In this document: positions 24,313 through 36,652 of the stretch, in pieces
Numbering within the stretch: the stretch's first letter is position 1
How the letters are laid out: the number at the start of each line of letters is the position of its first letter
Translations under genes and position numbers: made by a program
NCBI GenBank assembly: GCA_951406725.2
Contig: OX597819.1
Coordinates: 131,812,001 to 131,876,000 of the forward strand
Direction: 5' to 3'
Length of the DNA stretch: 64,000 bases
Source: Octopus vulgaris
Taxonomy: Eukaryota
Notes under the pieces: model-generated
The model's database searches: none
What the model saw: only the letters and a program-made list of their open reading frames with translations
What the model was told of the DNA's origin: nothing

Positions 24313-24614
24313 GGAAAAAGAAGAAAATAGAGATTGTGGAGGTCATGAGAGTTTATTTTCCACCACAAATCCATCATTATCCCTTACAGCTGTTTCAATT
24401 ACACACATTCAGTCTGCTGTGATGAACCTATAAACAAACATACAAAACATCTAAGGGTATATTTTTTCCCTCTGAAGAGATTATGCTCAGAAATATGAAC
24501 TTAATAATTAATTAATTCATTGTGTGTAATTGAGACCGCTGTAAGGGATAATGATCGATTTGTTGTTGAGAATAAACTATCATTAACTTCACAATCTCCA
24601 TTTTCCTCTTCTTC
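24313..24614. repeat. Diverged inverted repeat (arms about 95 bp) carrying hammerhead motifs
   Basis: 24313-24407 versus 24521-24614. Confidence 0.85.
24467..24548 (+). ncRNA. Decayed hammerhead ribozyme motif
   Basis: tccct-CTGAAGA-gattatgc..gtgtaatt-GAGA-ccgctg-TA-aggga. The inverted copy at 24380-24406 retains GAAAcagctgTA. Confidence 0.65.
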
Positions 24615-24636
24615 ATATATATATATATATATATAT

Positions 24637-24960
24637 AGCAATGATACAGTGGACAGGGCTGTGGGGATAGGATTGGGGAGTGAGGGGTAGGTAAAGTGCA
24701 TGAAAGAGGAGATGTGAGGAAGAGATGGAGAGATGTAGTTTGGTTTGTCGGAGTAGGGTATGTGAAAAGTTCTCTTGTTACTGAGTTCTAGAAGTGCTGT
24801 GTGTTCCACCCACATGTAACAAGAGAACGTTTCATACACCCTACCCCAACAAACCAAACTACATCTCTCCATCTCTTCCTCACATCTCCTCTTTCATGCA
24901 CTTTACCTACCCCTCACTCCCCAATTCTGTCTCCAGGGCACTGCTCATTGTATCATTGCT
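24637..24960. repeat. Inverted duplication (arms about 145 bp, spacer about 34 bp)
   Basis: 24637-24781 versus 24816-24960. The ORF track shows the same peptide KPNYISPSLPHISSFMHFTYPSLPN on both strands. Confidence 0.93.
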
Positions 24961-25175
24961 GTCCAGTAGCCCCCACTCTATATATCCAGCTTATCACAAC
25001 TCACTACTCACACTTCTTTGGCAATGCCCTGCCACTTATGACCTCCATACCTCAAGGGTATGCCACCATCTCTCTCCTGCACTCTTGCTGTCTCCCACTC
25101 TCTCTCTCCTTCTCTTCAAGTTGGGTAACCGTGTCTCTCCTTTATGGCAGCACACTTGTTTCTGTCCTCATTCCT

Positions 25176-25209
<34 letters not shown>

Positions 25210-25430
25210 GCCAGGTAACCTTGTACCTCCTCCAAAGCCTCCCCTCCCCCATCATAGGATCTTTGTCTTGCAAGTTACTTGCTGACCTTGCCAGTTCTGA
25301 TGCCACTTCCAGGCATTTGGAAAGGCATCCAACTGGAAAAATCCTGCCAAAACAGACACAGAAATCTTGTGCAGGCTCCCGGCAAATTGTCCAACCCATG
25401 CTAGCATGGAAGGCAGATGTTAAATGATGA
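24816..25430 (+). mobile_element. RTE-type 3' UTR fragment running into a SINE-B-like tail
   Basis: Pyrimidine-rich sequence similar in organisation to 48450-49000; ends in aacccatgctagcatggaaggcagatgttaaatgatga. Confidence 0.55.
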
Positions 25431-26867
25431 CTATCTCTCTCTGTGGGGGGGGGGGTGCAGGCAAGGCTATGTGATTAAGGTAAGTTAAAATCAACTTTAG
25501 GTGCTCCAAACTACACAGTTTCTGGGGTTCAGTCCCACTGCATGGCACCTTGGGCAAGTGTCTTCTATAGGCCTGAATCAACCAAAGCCTTGTGTGAATT
25601 TGGTAGATGGAAACTGAAAAAAGCCTTTGTATGTGTGTGTGCATGTGTGCATGTAAATACTTTATATACATTCTATTAATTTATGTAAATTAGTGACATG
25701 AGGTTCATTAGGATAGAACATTAACCGATTTATTTTATGGCCAGGGTCGGAATAAAGCAAAAAGAGAACTGATATGAATAAAGAACTTAAATAAGGAGAA
25801 GATGTCACCAACATTAAGAAGAGAAACATCCCTTCTGGCACAAAATTCATTCAATCAGTGACAATATTTGATGTTTGTTCTATGTTTATTAGTTCATAGA
25901 TTATTAGATTGTCACAAATAAATTCTGGCCAAGCAATAAGATCATAAAATTGTTTCTAATGCAGGCACAAGGGCCGAAATTTGGAGGAAGAGTGTTCTCT
26001 GATTATATTGACCATAGTACTTAACTAGTATTTCTCTTTATTGATACCAAAAGGTTTGAAGGCAAAGTTAATCTCAGTGGAGATGTGAAGAGCTGTAACA
26101 AATACATGAAGGCATTTTATTCAATGTTCCAATAATTCTGCCATTCCACTTTCCAACCAACATCATTTGCTCTGAAACTTCAAAAATTCTCCCAGGTTTC
26201 CTCATGCACCAACAAAACAACTTGGCAACTAACCATTCAGTACCCTCTGACTGGCTCCTGTGCTGGTGGCACGTAAAAAACACCATCTGAACGTGATCAA
26301 TGCCAGGCCTGCCTGACTGGTTCCTGTGCTGGTGGCACATAAAAAGCACCCAGCTGTAGAAACCTTGCCAGATCAGATTGGAGCCTGGTGCAGCCGCTGG
26401 CTCTCCAGACCTCAGTCAGACTATCCAACCCATGCCAGCATGGAAAACAGATGTTAAACAAGGATGATGAAGACTAAACAAAGTACCTGCATGTGAAATA
26501 CGAGCATTGAAGACTTTTACCATTAAATGAGAAACACCACAAAACCAAATGCAACTGTCTTTCAACATCATCATCGTTTAACATCCATTTTCCATGCTGG
26601 CATGGGTTGGATGGTTTGACCGAGGGCTGGGAAGCCAGAAGGCTGCACCTGGCTCCAATCTGTAATGGAGGACCCCATAAATTTGACCTTAAAAAATGAT
26701 CTTAAAAAGTTTGACTTTTACACAAGTATATACAGTGTGTGTATGTGTGTGTATGATAGGTTTCTATCAGTTTCCATCTACCAAATCCACTCACAAGGCT
26801 TTGCTGGGCCCAAGGCTATAGTAGAAGACATTTGTCTAATAATAATGATAATGATGATGATGATGAT

Positions 26868-27372
26868 GCCCTGATGCAGTACCAGACAGTGGCTCTCATG
26901 GCTTCTGATCTTAACTGATTGGAAGTGTTATCATGTACATTGTTTTGTCTTAGTATAAAAGATGGGTTACGGCAAATATTCTGCTCAATACCACAGATTT
27001 GTTTGACCTTATCCAATTGGGTATGTCCCTTAGTGGCTGACGATATGTGCATTTCTCATCATGGGGGAGCACCGTAGCTATGTGTTTGAATAATTCACCT
27101 CTGGAAACATGGGTGTTTTATCCATCACCTTTAAAAAAACCTTATTCAGGGACCTCTTGAGACAAATGGACTACTCAACCTCAAGAAAATTTTAACTAGG
27201 CCCCACCTGTAAGGTCATGTGCTGTTTATCTCAATATGAGGTCACCCAGGTTGTAATGCATGTGCCAGGTGTACCCTTATTAGACAGACAATCCTGATGG
27301 GTGTAGAGGGCTTCATATACTTGTACCCCATCATCACTTTGATGGCATGTGCGGCCCTCTCAAGAATAATAA
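26868..27372. mobile_element. Unclassified probable interspersed element
   Basis: Higher-GC block bounded by (ATA/ATG)n and (AAT)n, abutting truncated SINEs. Single copy here, so unverified. Confidence 0.3.
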
Positions 27373-28647
27373 TTCTTTCTCTAGGCACAAGCCTGGATTT
27401 TGGTGAAAGGGGTCACATCAATTACATCGAGCCCAGAAAAGATGAAAGACAAAATGAACCTTGGCAACATTTGAATCCAGAACATGAAAAACTGAAAGAA
27501 ACGTTGTTAAGCATTTTGTGAGGCAGGTTAAGGACTCCACCAGTTCACCACTTTGGTGATGATGCTGGAGGTACAAGGCCAGCAATTCTGAGGGGAAAGT
27601 GTTATCTGAATCCATCGACCACCGTACTTAATTCATAATGTATTTTATCAATCAAAGATTAAAGGAATTTCTTCGATACATAACAGAGATGTCGTGTTTA
27701 TATGATCATATTGTGAACACTAAAAGAGGGACTGACTAGACAACACTATTTCAATTATTCTTACAGCTTCATCAGAAATTGGTTAATCTGCCATGAAACT
27801 GGATTTATTGCTAAATCAGATCAACTAATTTTCAGATTTGATAGGTTTTCAGCCCTTAGTTTTGTCACAGAAATCATTTAGGTGACATAGTGAGGTTGTA
27901 TAAGCAAGACAGACATTTACATCTATTTCATGTATCTAGTAAATTGATTAATGAATCTTTGGGTATACTGCATAGTAAATTTTAGTATGGAAAAGAAACA
28001 CTGCTGGCACATCTAATTCAATTCAGTATTTCAATAAAAGGAAATAATTTCCAGCTTACAAAATGTTATCAAAAACAACAAAATGTTTAATTAGCATTAA
28101 TTTAAAACATCAACAACACATCCTTTTACAATAAGTTCAAATCATTCAACAACAAAAAATATCAATGATAGATTTAGTGAAGATAGAATGCATAACAAAA
28201 GACTAAATAGTGAAAACTTTTACTTTCAGCTACAAAGTTATGTCTACTAAAATCTTGCATGAAAAGCAAGCAACGACACTTCAAGAAGAAAAAAAAAAGG
28301 GGGGGGGGGATCATGCTAGAAATGCAATTCTGACAAAATCTGAGAAAATTCTAAGAGAAAATCTATCTTTTGATGAAGTATGAATGTGTTGTTTCCTAAT
28401 TGAGGTTTTTTTTTTGGTTTTTTAATGATGCAAGATATGAAACGTGGTGTACAATGTCTCTGGATGCAGACATGCATCAAAACAACATTCTGTCACAATG
28501 AGTCACGATAAAATTTAGACAGACACACAGAGGGGGGGAGGAAAAAGGGGAGAAAAAAAAAACTCAGTTGATTTTCTTTGAGAACAAATTACTACCAGGA
28601 AAGAAAAAATACAAACAAAAATCAAGCAGATTTAATGAAATACTTAC

Positions 28648-28662
28648 AGTCAAAATTAGAAC
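28648..28662 (-). CDS. Candidate 15-nt microexon of the host gene
   Basis: Minus strand reads catttgtttgttctcttcag|GTTCTAATTTTGACT|gtaagta, preceded by about 50 nt of pyrimidine-rich AG-free sequence, with a perfect donor. In phase 1 it reads xSNFD and joins the next exon as SNFDYIVMTP. Confidence 0.6.
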
Positions 28663-29580
28663 CTGAAGAGAACAAACAAATGATGAGTAAAAAAGTAAGA
28701 AAATGAGTGAAAAACTGATTCTAACAACACAGAAATAGGGTCCTGTCTGGTAGTGGCGTTCCCTGACTTGGGCCAATCACTGCTTTCACGTTCAAAGGTT
28801 GTTTTTTATTGAAAGAAAAGGAATGAGAAGTAGAAATAACCAATAATTATAAGCCATTGTTAATTAAAAATGAATGCAACTTATCAAAAGAGAAAGTTGG
28901 ATAATTGGAAAAAAGAGAAAAGACATTTGCTTTCCCATACATACACAGTTATACATACCTGTATAATGGATGTATATATGGATGTATATCTGTAAACATA
29001 CATGTGATGACTAAAAGAGCTTCACCCTCATTTAAGTGATGTTGCACATTTCCAGTCTTCCATGGGGAAATCTTTTCTTTTCTACTTTAGGTACAAGGCC
29101 CAAAATTTGGGGAGAGAGGCCAGTCGATTAGATCGACCCCAGTATGCAACTGGTACTTAATTTATTGACCTCGAAAGGATGAAAGGTAAAGTTGACCACA
29201 GCAGAATTTAAATTAGGGTTAGAATGTAAAGACAGATGAAATACTGCCAAGCATTTTGCCCCACGTGCTAACATTTCTGCCAGCTCACCGGCTTATTTGG
29301 AAACAGGTTGGGGTTGGCCACAGGAAAAGCCACAGACCATAGAAAATCTGTCTCAGCAAATTCCACCTGACCCATGCAAGCATGGAAAAGTGAATATTAA
29401 AATGATGATAATGATGATGATGATTAATTAATTCAGCACATTCTAAATTGTCAGATTTTTGTGACTCAAAAAATGTACAAGAATCCAACGGTAGAAATAC
29501 AAGATCTCAGGACAAAGAATGAGAATTCATATTTGGCAACCTTTGTTAAACTTTTTAAAGAACACTAATGAAACTGTAGC

Positions 29581-29854
29581 AAAGACTGTTTGCCAACATA
29601 ACATGGCAGTCCTGGTTTAGGACGAATGCTGCTGTAATTTAGCCCCAGGAGACATCATCACCAGCTGGCTATACAACATGATCTGTGTCCTTATATTTTC
29701 ATACAAGGGAATCTAGAACCCCCACTCAGCTCAAAACAATATTAGGACACAGATCATGTCGTATAGCCAGCTGGTGATGATGTCTCCTGGGACTAAATTA
29801 CAGCAGCATTCGTCCAAAACCAGGACTGCCATGTTATGTTGGCAAACCATCTTT
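29581..29854. repeat. Foldback element, arms about 115 bp
   Basis: 29581-29696 is the near-perfect reverse complement of 29738-29854. Confidence 0.92.
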
Positions 29855-31851
29855 ACTCCAAAGTACTGTTGCTGAATATCTCTCGTTGTGAGATTTAAAA
29901 ATAGTCATTCTCTAACTAACAAAACTGTCCAGTTGTAAAACTCAAGAGATATGAAGAAGCAAGTTTTTAAGTGCCTTGTTTGACAGCTTTTGGTAAAATT
30001 TAGCTAGCAGGAAGCACAGGATTAAATCTTATGCATTTCATAACCTTTTCATTAAACTGTAATTTATACATCATTTATGAGAATTGTTAACATATTTTAC
30101 CAAGGAACAAAAGTCAAAGCTCTTGCTTAGCTGGAATCTTTACTATGAAACCAAATCCCAAAATCTTTCACTGGTGAGATTAACCTTTTTGCATTTAATC
30201 CGGCCAAATCCAGCCAAAATATTCCACCCGTTTTATGTTCCAACTGGCCAGATCTGGCCTCTCACACCAACCCTATATTCTAAAGATTCATAATTTATTT
30301 TATTAAATCTCAAAGCTATGAGATAATTGCATGATTAATTCAAAACAATGAGAATAAAGAAGCATTGCTTTTGACAGAATAAACATGAATGGTAAAGGGT
30401 CAAGTCAGAGATTCTCATGGAAAACTATGGTTCTATGCACAAATGGCAAAAGGGATTATCATACACAGAAAGAAAAAACAATTCTATTTTCCTTGTCGTT
30501 TCTAAGTGCTTCTTACCACAGATTTCGGTGCCAAGCAGGAGAGATATTGTCTTTGCTTAAATGAATTTTGAAAATAATGAAGAATTTATCAAAATAACTA
30601 TTATTGTTTGGAACAAGAAATTTTGAGGCAAAGTTTTAATTCAGATCTCTTTAAGGAGGATGTTTGTATCCTAGAGGCAGGGCAGTGCCAACAGGTTGGT
30701 ATCAAAAGACTTAATCTATAACTGCCAAAAAGATCACTGAAGAAGAAGAAGAAGAAGCAGCATGTTAGTACTTAACAATGCCAGAAGCTGTATGCAATCA
30801 AGAACAGCAAGTATCATCATCATCATCATCGTCATTTAACGTCTGCTTTCTATGCTGGCATGGGTTGAACGGTTTGACTGAAGACTGGCAAGCTGGTAGA
30901 CTGCACCAGGTTTCAATCTGATCTGGTAAGGTTTCTACAGCTGGATGCCCTTCCTAATGCCAACCACTTGGAGAGTGTAGTGGATGCTTTTTACGTGCCA
31001 CCAAAACGGGAGCCAGTCAGGTGACACTGGCATCGGCCACACTCAAATGGTGCTTTTCATATGCCACAGGAATAATAATGAGGAGATGGCTGTTTAGACA
31101 GTTTGAAATTTTTTGTTTTTAAACTACTATTCAAGGGTTTAACAAATGCCTACTCAAATTTTGTGTTGAATTTAAGAACATTTTTATGGATTTGTGAAGC
31201 ACTTTGCGAACAGATTTAAGATGTTGTTAACTCAAAGCTGTTCCCACAATAGAAGCAGCTTCAATCCTTCCCTTGGCACTTAATTTCTGTTAATAAAACA
31301 ATTCCTATTTTCTATTTCAAAATCATAAGTCTAATTCATGTTTTGAGAGTATTCCTTCCATATAATACAAGACTCGCCATTTTAATGGTAACGCCATCCT
31401 AACCTTTCAAACAGGTTTTGTTCTAATTTAAACAGGTTTTGTTAGAATTGATTTCAACAAGTTTCAATAGATATTCGCCAATAAATGACTACCAACAGGC
31501 TGCTTATTTGTTCTCTGCCGCTGCTTGCAAAATGGACTAATCAGAACTGAATGATTCCAATAGATGACTTTCTATGGTTTGACCGTTAATCAATTCTAAG
31601 TAATTGATTAATTGAGTTGCTTTACCTTAGCCAAAGTACATTACCCAGCTTATTTCAGTTTTCTCTAGCTACATAACTGCTATTACTCATACATCATGAC
31701 CGAGTGATTAGTAGTACAAAAGACATTTAATGGTAAAAATACTTGCAACAGCTATCTGTACATTTCCATACCTAAAGCACAACACTTCTTGTTGTGTCTT
31801 GGGAGGGTCGTTACACCAAATATTATGAACACACACACACACACACAATAT

Positions 31852-32050
31852 CACTTCTTTAGTTAGTCAATTGGTTAAATATCTAACCAACTAACCAATC
31901 AATAGTTTGTTTGTCAAAGTCCTTTTGCTGTTATTTACAACCTCATCAATAACATACCATCTTGAGATTAATTATTTAACCAGCACATTAATCAAAGATT
32001 GATTAGTTAGTCGTTTGGATTTTATCCGATTGACAGACAATAAAGAAGTG
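31852..32050. repeat. Diverged inverted repeat, arms about 52 bp
   Basis: cacttctttagttagtcaattggttaaa..aatcaat versus attgatt..ccgattgacagacaataaagaagtg. Confidence 0.75.
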
Positions 32051-32079
32051 GAATTGAACCAGTGTGTGTGTGTTTATAA

Positions 32080-32460
32080 TTATTGGGTGTAATGACCCTC
32101 CCAAGACACAAGATTTGTTTCAACACACAAATTCACATCAAGAATCTTGCAGATCGAAAGACAAAAACAAAGTAAAAGACAACATTTATCCGAAAACAGC
32201 AGGAATGAGTCTAAGACATTCAGAAGAATACTTCTACAACCACCACCAGCTCAAATCCTCTACACAGTACTTGTATATTTGAGGGAGAACAGAGAGAACA
32301 TTATATTCTGATTCCAATGTTTATCAAAGACCAACTAATTTCCTTCGGCTGATATCTATTTACCAATTCCATAAATTCCAAGCAGTTGAAGAATCATCCA
32401 AACTTTCATCTCAAACATTCAAGAAAGGTTCACATATTCTCAAGTTTAAGCATCAACTCT
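32080..32460 (+). mobile_element. Decayed LINE fragment
   Basis: Translates to LLGV...HIKNLAD; weak similarity to the RT thumb region only. Confidence 0.3.
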
Positions 32461-32711
32461 GAAAGGTTTGGGTCTGTCAGAGGTTCTAGTAGAATATGCT
32501 TGCCAAAGGTGAGACTGAACCTGGGACCGTATGGTTGGGAAGCAAGCTTCTTACCACACAGCCAGGCCTGCCCCTACTCGTACAATTTCTTTTTTTTTTC
32601 TAGCTAGATATTGAAGGAAATATTTAATATTCAACCAAGACTTTGTTAATAACATTTTAGATTTTACAGTTCTATATTTAAGAGATGAGGAATTATGTAC
32701 ATTTATTTACA

Positions 32712-32955
32712 TTATTTACATTTGATGGATATTTGTCCTCATCTTGTTTGTTGTTAACACATTTCAGCTGATATACCCTCCAGCCTTCATCAGGTGTCTT
32801 GGGGAAATAATAACAACATCGAAAAATACCTTAGGAATGAGAACCCCAGTTCAAAATTTCCTCAAGACACCTGATGAAGGCTGGAGGGTATATCAGCCGA
32901 AACGTTGTGTTAACAACAAACAAGATGAGGACAAATATCCATCAAATGTAAATAA
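32712..32955. repeat. Inverted repeat (arms about 97 bp) carrying hammerhead motifs; inverted Penelope pLTR pair
   Basis: 32712-32808 is the reverse complement of 32856-32955. Confidence 0.92.
32866..32911 (+). ncRNA. Minimal type-I hammerhead ribozyme motif within an inverted repeat
   Basis: gacac-CTGATGA-a-ggctg..cagcc-GAAA-cg-TT-gtgtt: stem I 5 bp, stem II 5 bp, palindromic AACGTT stem III, GUU triplet. Confidence 0.78.
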
Positions 32956-34319
32956 CGTATTTTAGATTTTGTTTGTCTTCTTCCGAGGAATTAGGGTGTT
33001 GCATTGACAAGTGCCTGATCATCGGCTCAATTCCCAGACCACTAATGCCATTAAGCATTTGTCCAAAGTACCAACGATTCTGCTGACTCACTGTCTCTCA
33101 GTGTTAAATAATAAAAAGGAATAACAAATGGAATTGGTATTGATTCTTCTGAATGGTAAATCCATACTGGGAATTGTGAGTGAATACAGAACGACAACAT
33201 GAGATATTGGTCTCCAGAGAGAACCTAATCACTCTGCAGATCCAGGTCACGTAATGAGAGAAAATGGAATGGACAGAATGGATGAATCTAATAAAATGAG
33301 GGGTCAGGGAGAGAATAATTCAAAGATGCAGAAGATACAGAAACAGTCCAAGTATAGAGATAAGTGAGAATCTCTGAACACTGTGAGGACTAAACATAAA
33401 ATGCCCATCATTTCGACACCCACATCTCCAGGCTTGCATGGCTTGGACAGAATTTCATTGAAGCAGATTTTCTAGGGTCAGAGGCCCTTCCTTTTGCCAA
33501 TCTTTACCTGTTTCCAGGAAAGGTAATATTTCTCCATGACTATGTTTTCACACAAGACTGGAAACGAAGACTCTACGTGCAAGATGGTGAAGCTCGCTTA
33601 CAACTTTCACAAAATGTCACGGTAAGGAGACAGTAATGCAAACACACACACACACACACGACAGGCTTCTTTCAGTTTTCCTCAACCAAATCTACTCACA
33701 CAGCTTTGGTTGGCCTGGGGCTATGGTGGAAAACACTTGGGATTGAACCTGAAACCATACAGTTAGGAAATGAACTTAATCACACAGCCATGCTTGCATC
33801 TCAGCATGAATTCCACTGAAACCAATTCTGTCATTAATCAAACCACAACAGGGAATATTGCAAATTCTGTAAATATTTATTAATCTATTAGAATGGTAAA
33901 TAGGCTAAAACAGCCGCCGTAACATCTTTCATTGTATCCTTCTGCATTCAAATTCTCTGAGACAAATTGGCTTTTTTCGACGATGATGATGAAGTAAAAT
34001 AACATCCAAATGGTGCAATTAAATGCACCACTATTTGCATATTATTTTAACGTGTCGTTAGCATCTTAATGTCCACTTTTCCATGTTTACAAGGATTGAA
34101 TGGAGTTTATTGAGGCAAATTTTCGACAGCTGGACACCCTCCCTGTCACCAACCCTTGCCCGTTTCCAAAGAAGGTGATATATTCCCAATGGCCAGACAG
34201 GTTTCCACAGAAGATTGTCGTACTCGCTGTGTGATTTATTTTCTATGAAGCTTGTTTACAACTATCACACAAGGAGAAATTAACACACACACATAAATAT
34301 ATGTAGGTGTAAACATCTC

Positions 34320-34360
<41 letters not shown>

Positions 34361-34373
34361 CAATATATAAATA

Positions 34374-34935
34374 TAGGAGTAGCTGTGAGGTAAGTAGCTT
34401 GCTTCCCAACCACGTGGTTCTGGGTTGTGTGGCACCTTGGGCAAGTGTCTTCTTCTATAGCCTTGGGCTGACCAAAGCCTTGTGAGTAGATTTGGTAGAT
34501 GGAAACTGAAAGAAGCCCATCATATATATATATCTATGTATGTATTTGTGTTTCCGTGTTTGTCCCCACCATCGCTTGACAACTAATGTTGGTGTGTTTA
34601 TGCCCCTGTAACTTAGCAGTTCAACAAAAGAGATCGATAGAATAAGTACTAGGCTTACAAAGAATAAGATCTGGGGTCGATTTGTTTGACTAAAGGTGGT
34701 GCCCCAGCATGGCCACAGTTAAATGACTGAAACAAGTAAAAGAATAAAAGAACACACACACACACACACACACACAGTGAGCTTCTTTCAGTTTCTGTCT
34801 ACCAAATCCACTCACAAGGTTTTGGTTGGCCAAGGGGCAATAGTAAAAACACTTGCCCAAATGTTTCCAGTTGCACACTGAACCTGAACCCAAAACCTTG
34901 TGGTTGGGAAGCAAACTTCTTCCCACTCAGCCATG
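34374..34935. mobile_element. Two SINE-A copies: 34374-34750 (+) and head-only 34780-34935 (-)
   Basis: Family A motifs in opposite orientations separated by (CA)n. Confidence 0.85.
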
Positions 34936-35229
34936 CTCTTCCATATATATTATTCCAATGCCCCATGTGTCCTGTTTATTGCTTTGCAACATTCAGTTCT
35001 GTTTTGGACACTAGACACATGGTTGGCAGATGACATTCCTGGTAATGTAAGGCCAAAAGCAAAAAAACACAGATCACGTCAGGTAATGACCGAAAGAGTA
35101 TGGATCAGGAATAACAGAAGCAGCCAAAATGGGGTTCCTACCAAGGATCTCTGGAGTGATATTATTATTTGAGAGGCTGCGTTACTCAGAGATGAGAGAG
35201 CCTCCCCAAGTGAAGCCCCCACTTCTCTG

Positions 35230-35522
35230 CATTGAGAGGTCAAAGCTCCAGGACTGTGGACATGGGATTAAAATGCTGCAAGAAAGGAATCAAAAGACAG
35301 ATTCTTGAAGTTGAGCCAAAATGGTGGGAGGCCTGCAGAGTAGTGCAAGACCATGTTGGTTGGATGACAGCCATAGCCTCATTTGGTCACACTTTGGAAT
35401 CCAGCCAGAAAGTCTAATGACAGCTGCTTCTGGTTGGACCAAATGGAGGAGGTGCCTGAGGAGTCTACCTGCCATGACCTTCCCAGGAAAAGTGGGTGGA
35501 GAAGATGGATGGATGGGTGGGT
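35230..35522 (+). mobile_element. RTE-like LINE extreme 3' end
   Basis: Translates to ARPCWLDDSHSLIWSHFGIQPESLMTAASGWTKWRRCL, resembling the RTE C-terminal GRP..W.D...A..R..WR pattern, followed by a (GATG)n tail. Confidence 0.55.
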
Positions 35523-36029
35523 GGAAACTATTGAGAAAAAAAGATTGAAAAACTGAAGCATTTTAATCAAAGCTAGGCTTGATGACAACGATGATGATGG
35601 TGATGACAACAGTGATGATGATGAAGAGGAGGAGGAGAAGGATCATCATCATCATCATCCTCACGTACAAACAAAAGAGAGAAAAAAAAGACAATTTCCA
35701 ATTGACAGTGAAAAATTGACATTTACTGAAAGAGTTATCACATGCGGCACCATCAGGGAAATATCTACAGACCTAATATTTAATCTTATCAAATTTATGA
35801 AATGCTGAGTAAACAAAGAGAATAATTGATTTTTTTTTTGTGCTAAAAAGAAAGAAGAAAAAAAAACACGGGGGGGGGGGGAATCATTAAATAAATGATA
35901 AAACTTTATCAGTGTTGGTTTATCGTTATTCATCATATGAATTCAAAAATATGTCAAAGACTTGATAAAAAAAACTCACTAAATTTAATTTTGCTTCTTC
36001 AGTTAAATCCCTAAATAGTTTTACACTAA

Positions 36030-36416
36030 CCCAGCTTCGCCTGGCCCACGTGCCGGTGACACGTAAAAGCACCATCCGTTCTTGGCCGTTTGCCAGCTCT
36101 GTCTGGCCCCCGTATCTGTGGTACGTAAAAGCACCATCCGTTTGTGTCCGTTGCCAGCATCGCCTGGCCCCGTGCCGGTGACACGTAAAAGCACCATCCG
36201 TTCGTGGCCGTTGTGCCAGCTCTGTCTGGCACCTGTGCGGGTGGCACGTAAAAAGCACCCACTACACTCACGGAGTGGTTGGCGTTAGGAAGGGCATCCA
36301 GCCGTAGAAACACTGCCAGATCTGACTGGGCCTGACGAAGCCTTCCAACTTCACAGACCCCAGTTGAACCGTCCAACCCATGCTAGCATGGAAAGTGGAC
36401 GCTAAATGATGATGAT
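36030..36416 (+). mobile_element. SINE family B (ggcacgtaaaaagcacc / ggttggcgttaggaagggcatcc / (ATG)n tail) with internal ~60-bp tandem units
   Basis: Conserved 3' block cccatgctagcatggaaa..gacgttaaatgatgatgat occurs more than 20 times in the window; copies are variably 5'-truncated. Confidence 0.88.
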
Positions 36417-36652
36417 AAACCCATACAAGGTTTAGAGATATTTGCAACTATCTCGATAAATTAACAGTTTTATTCCATGTTAAAATGAAAATGTCACACG
36501 ACAATAGCATTTCACACAAAGGCAAGTCTTTCACCAGTTTTGTGATTTTACCAAACCTGTGAACCTAGACAGACCTGCAGATTTATTCATTTGCAAAACT
36601 GTCAGCACAGTTTTCCTACAATAACAAACGATAATTAATTTAATATTTGCAA

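Noticed and set aside
24801-25427. Longest ORF in the track (208 aa)
   Set aside because: Low-complexity Ser/Leu/Pro translation of a pyrimidine-rich retroelement 3' region and (CT)n.
27740-27785. Minus-strand CTGATGA...GAAA
   Set aside because: Stems I and III cannot be formed; likely chance.
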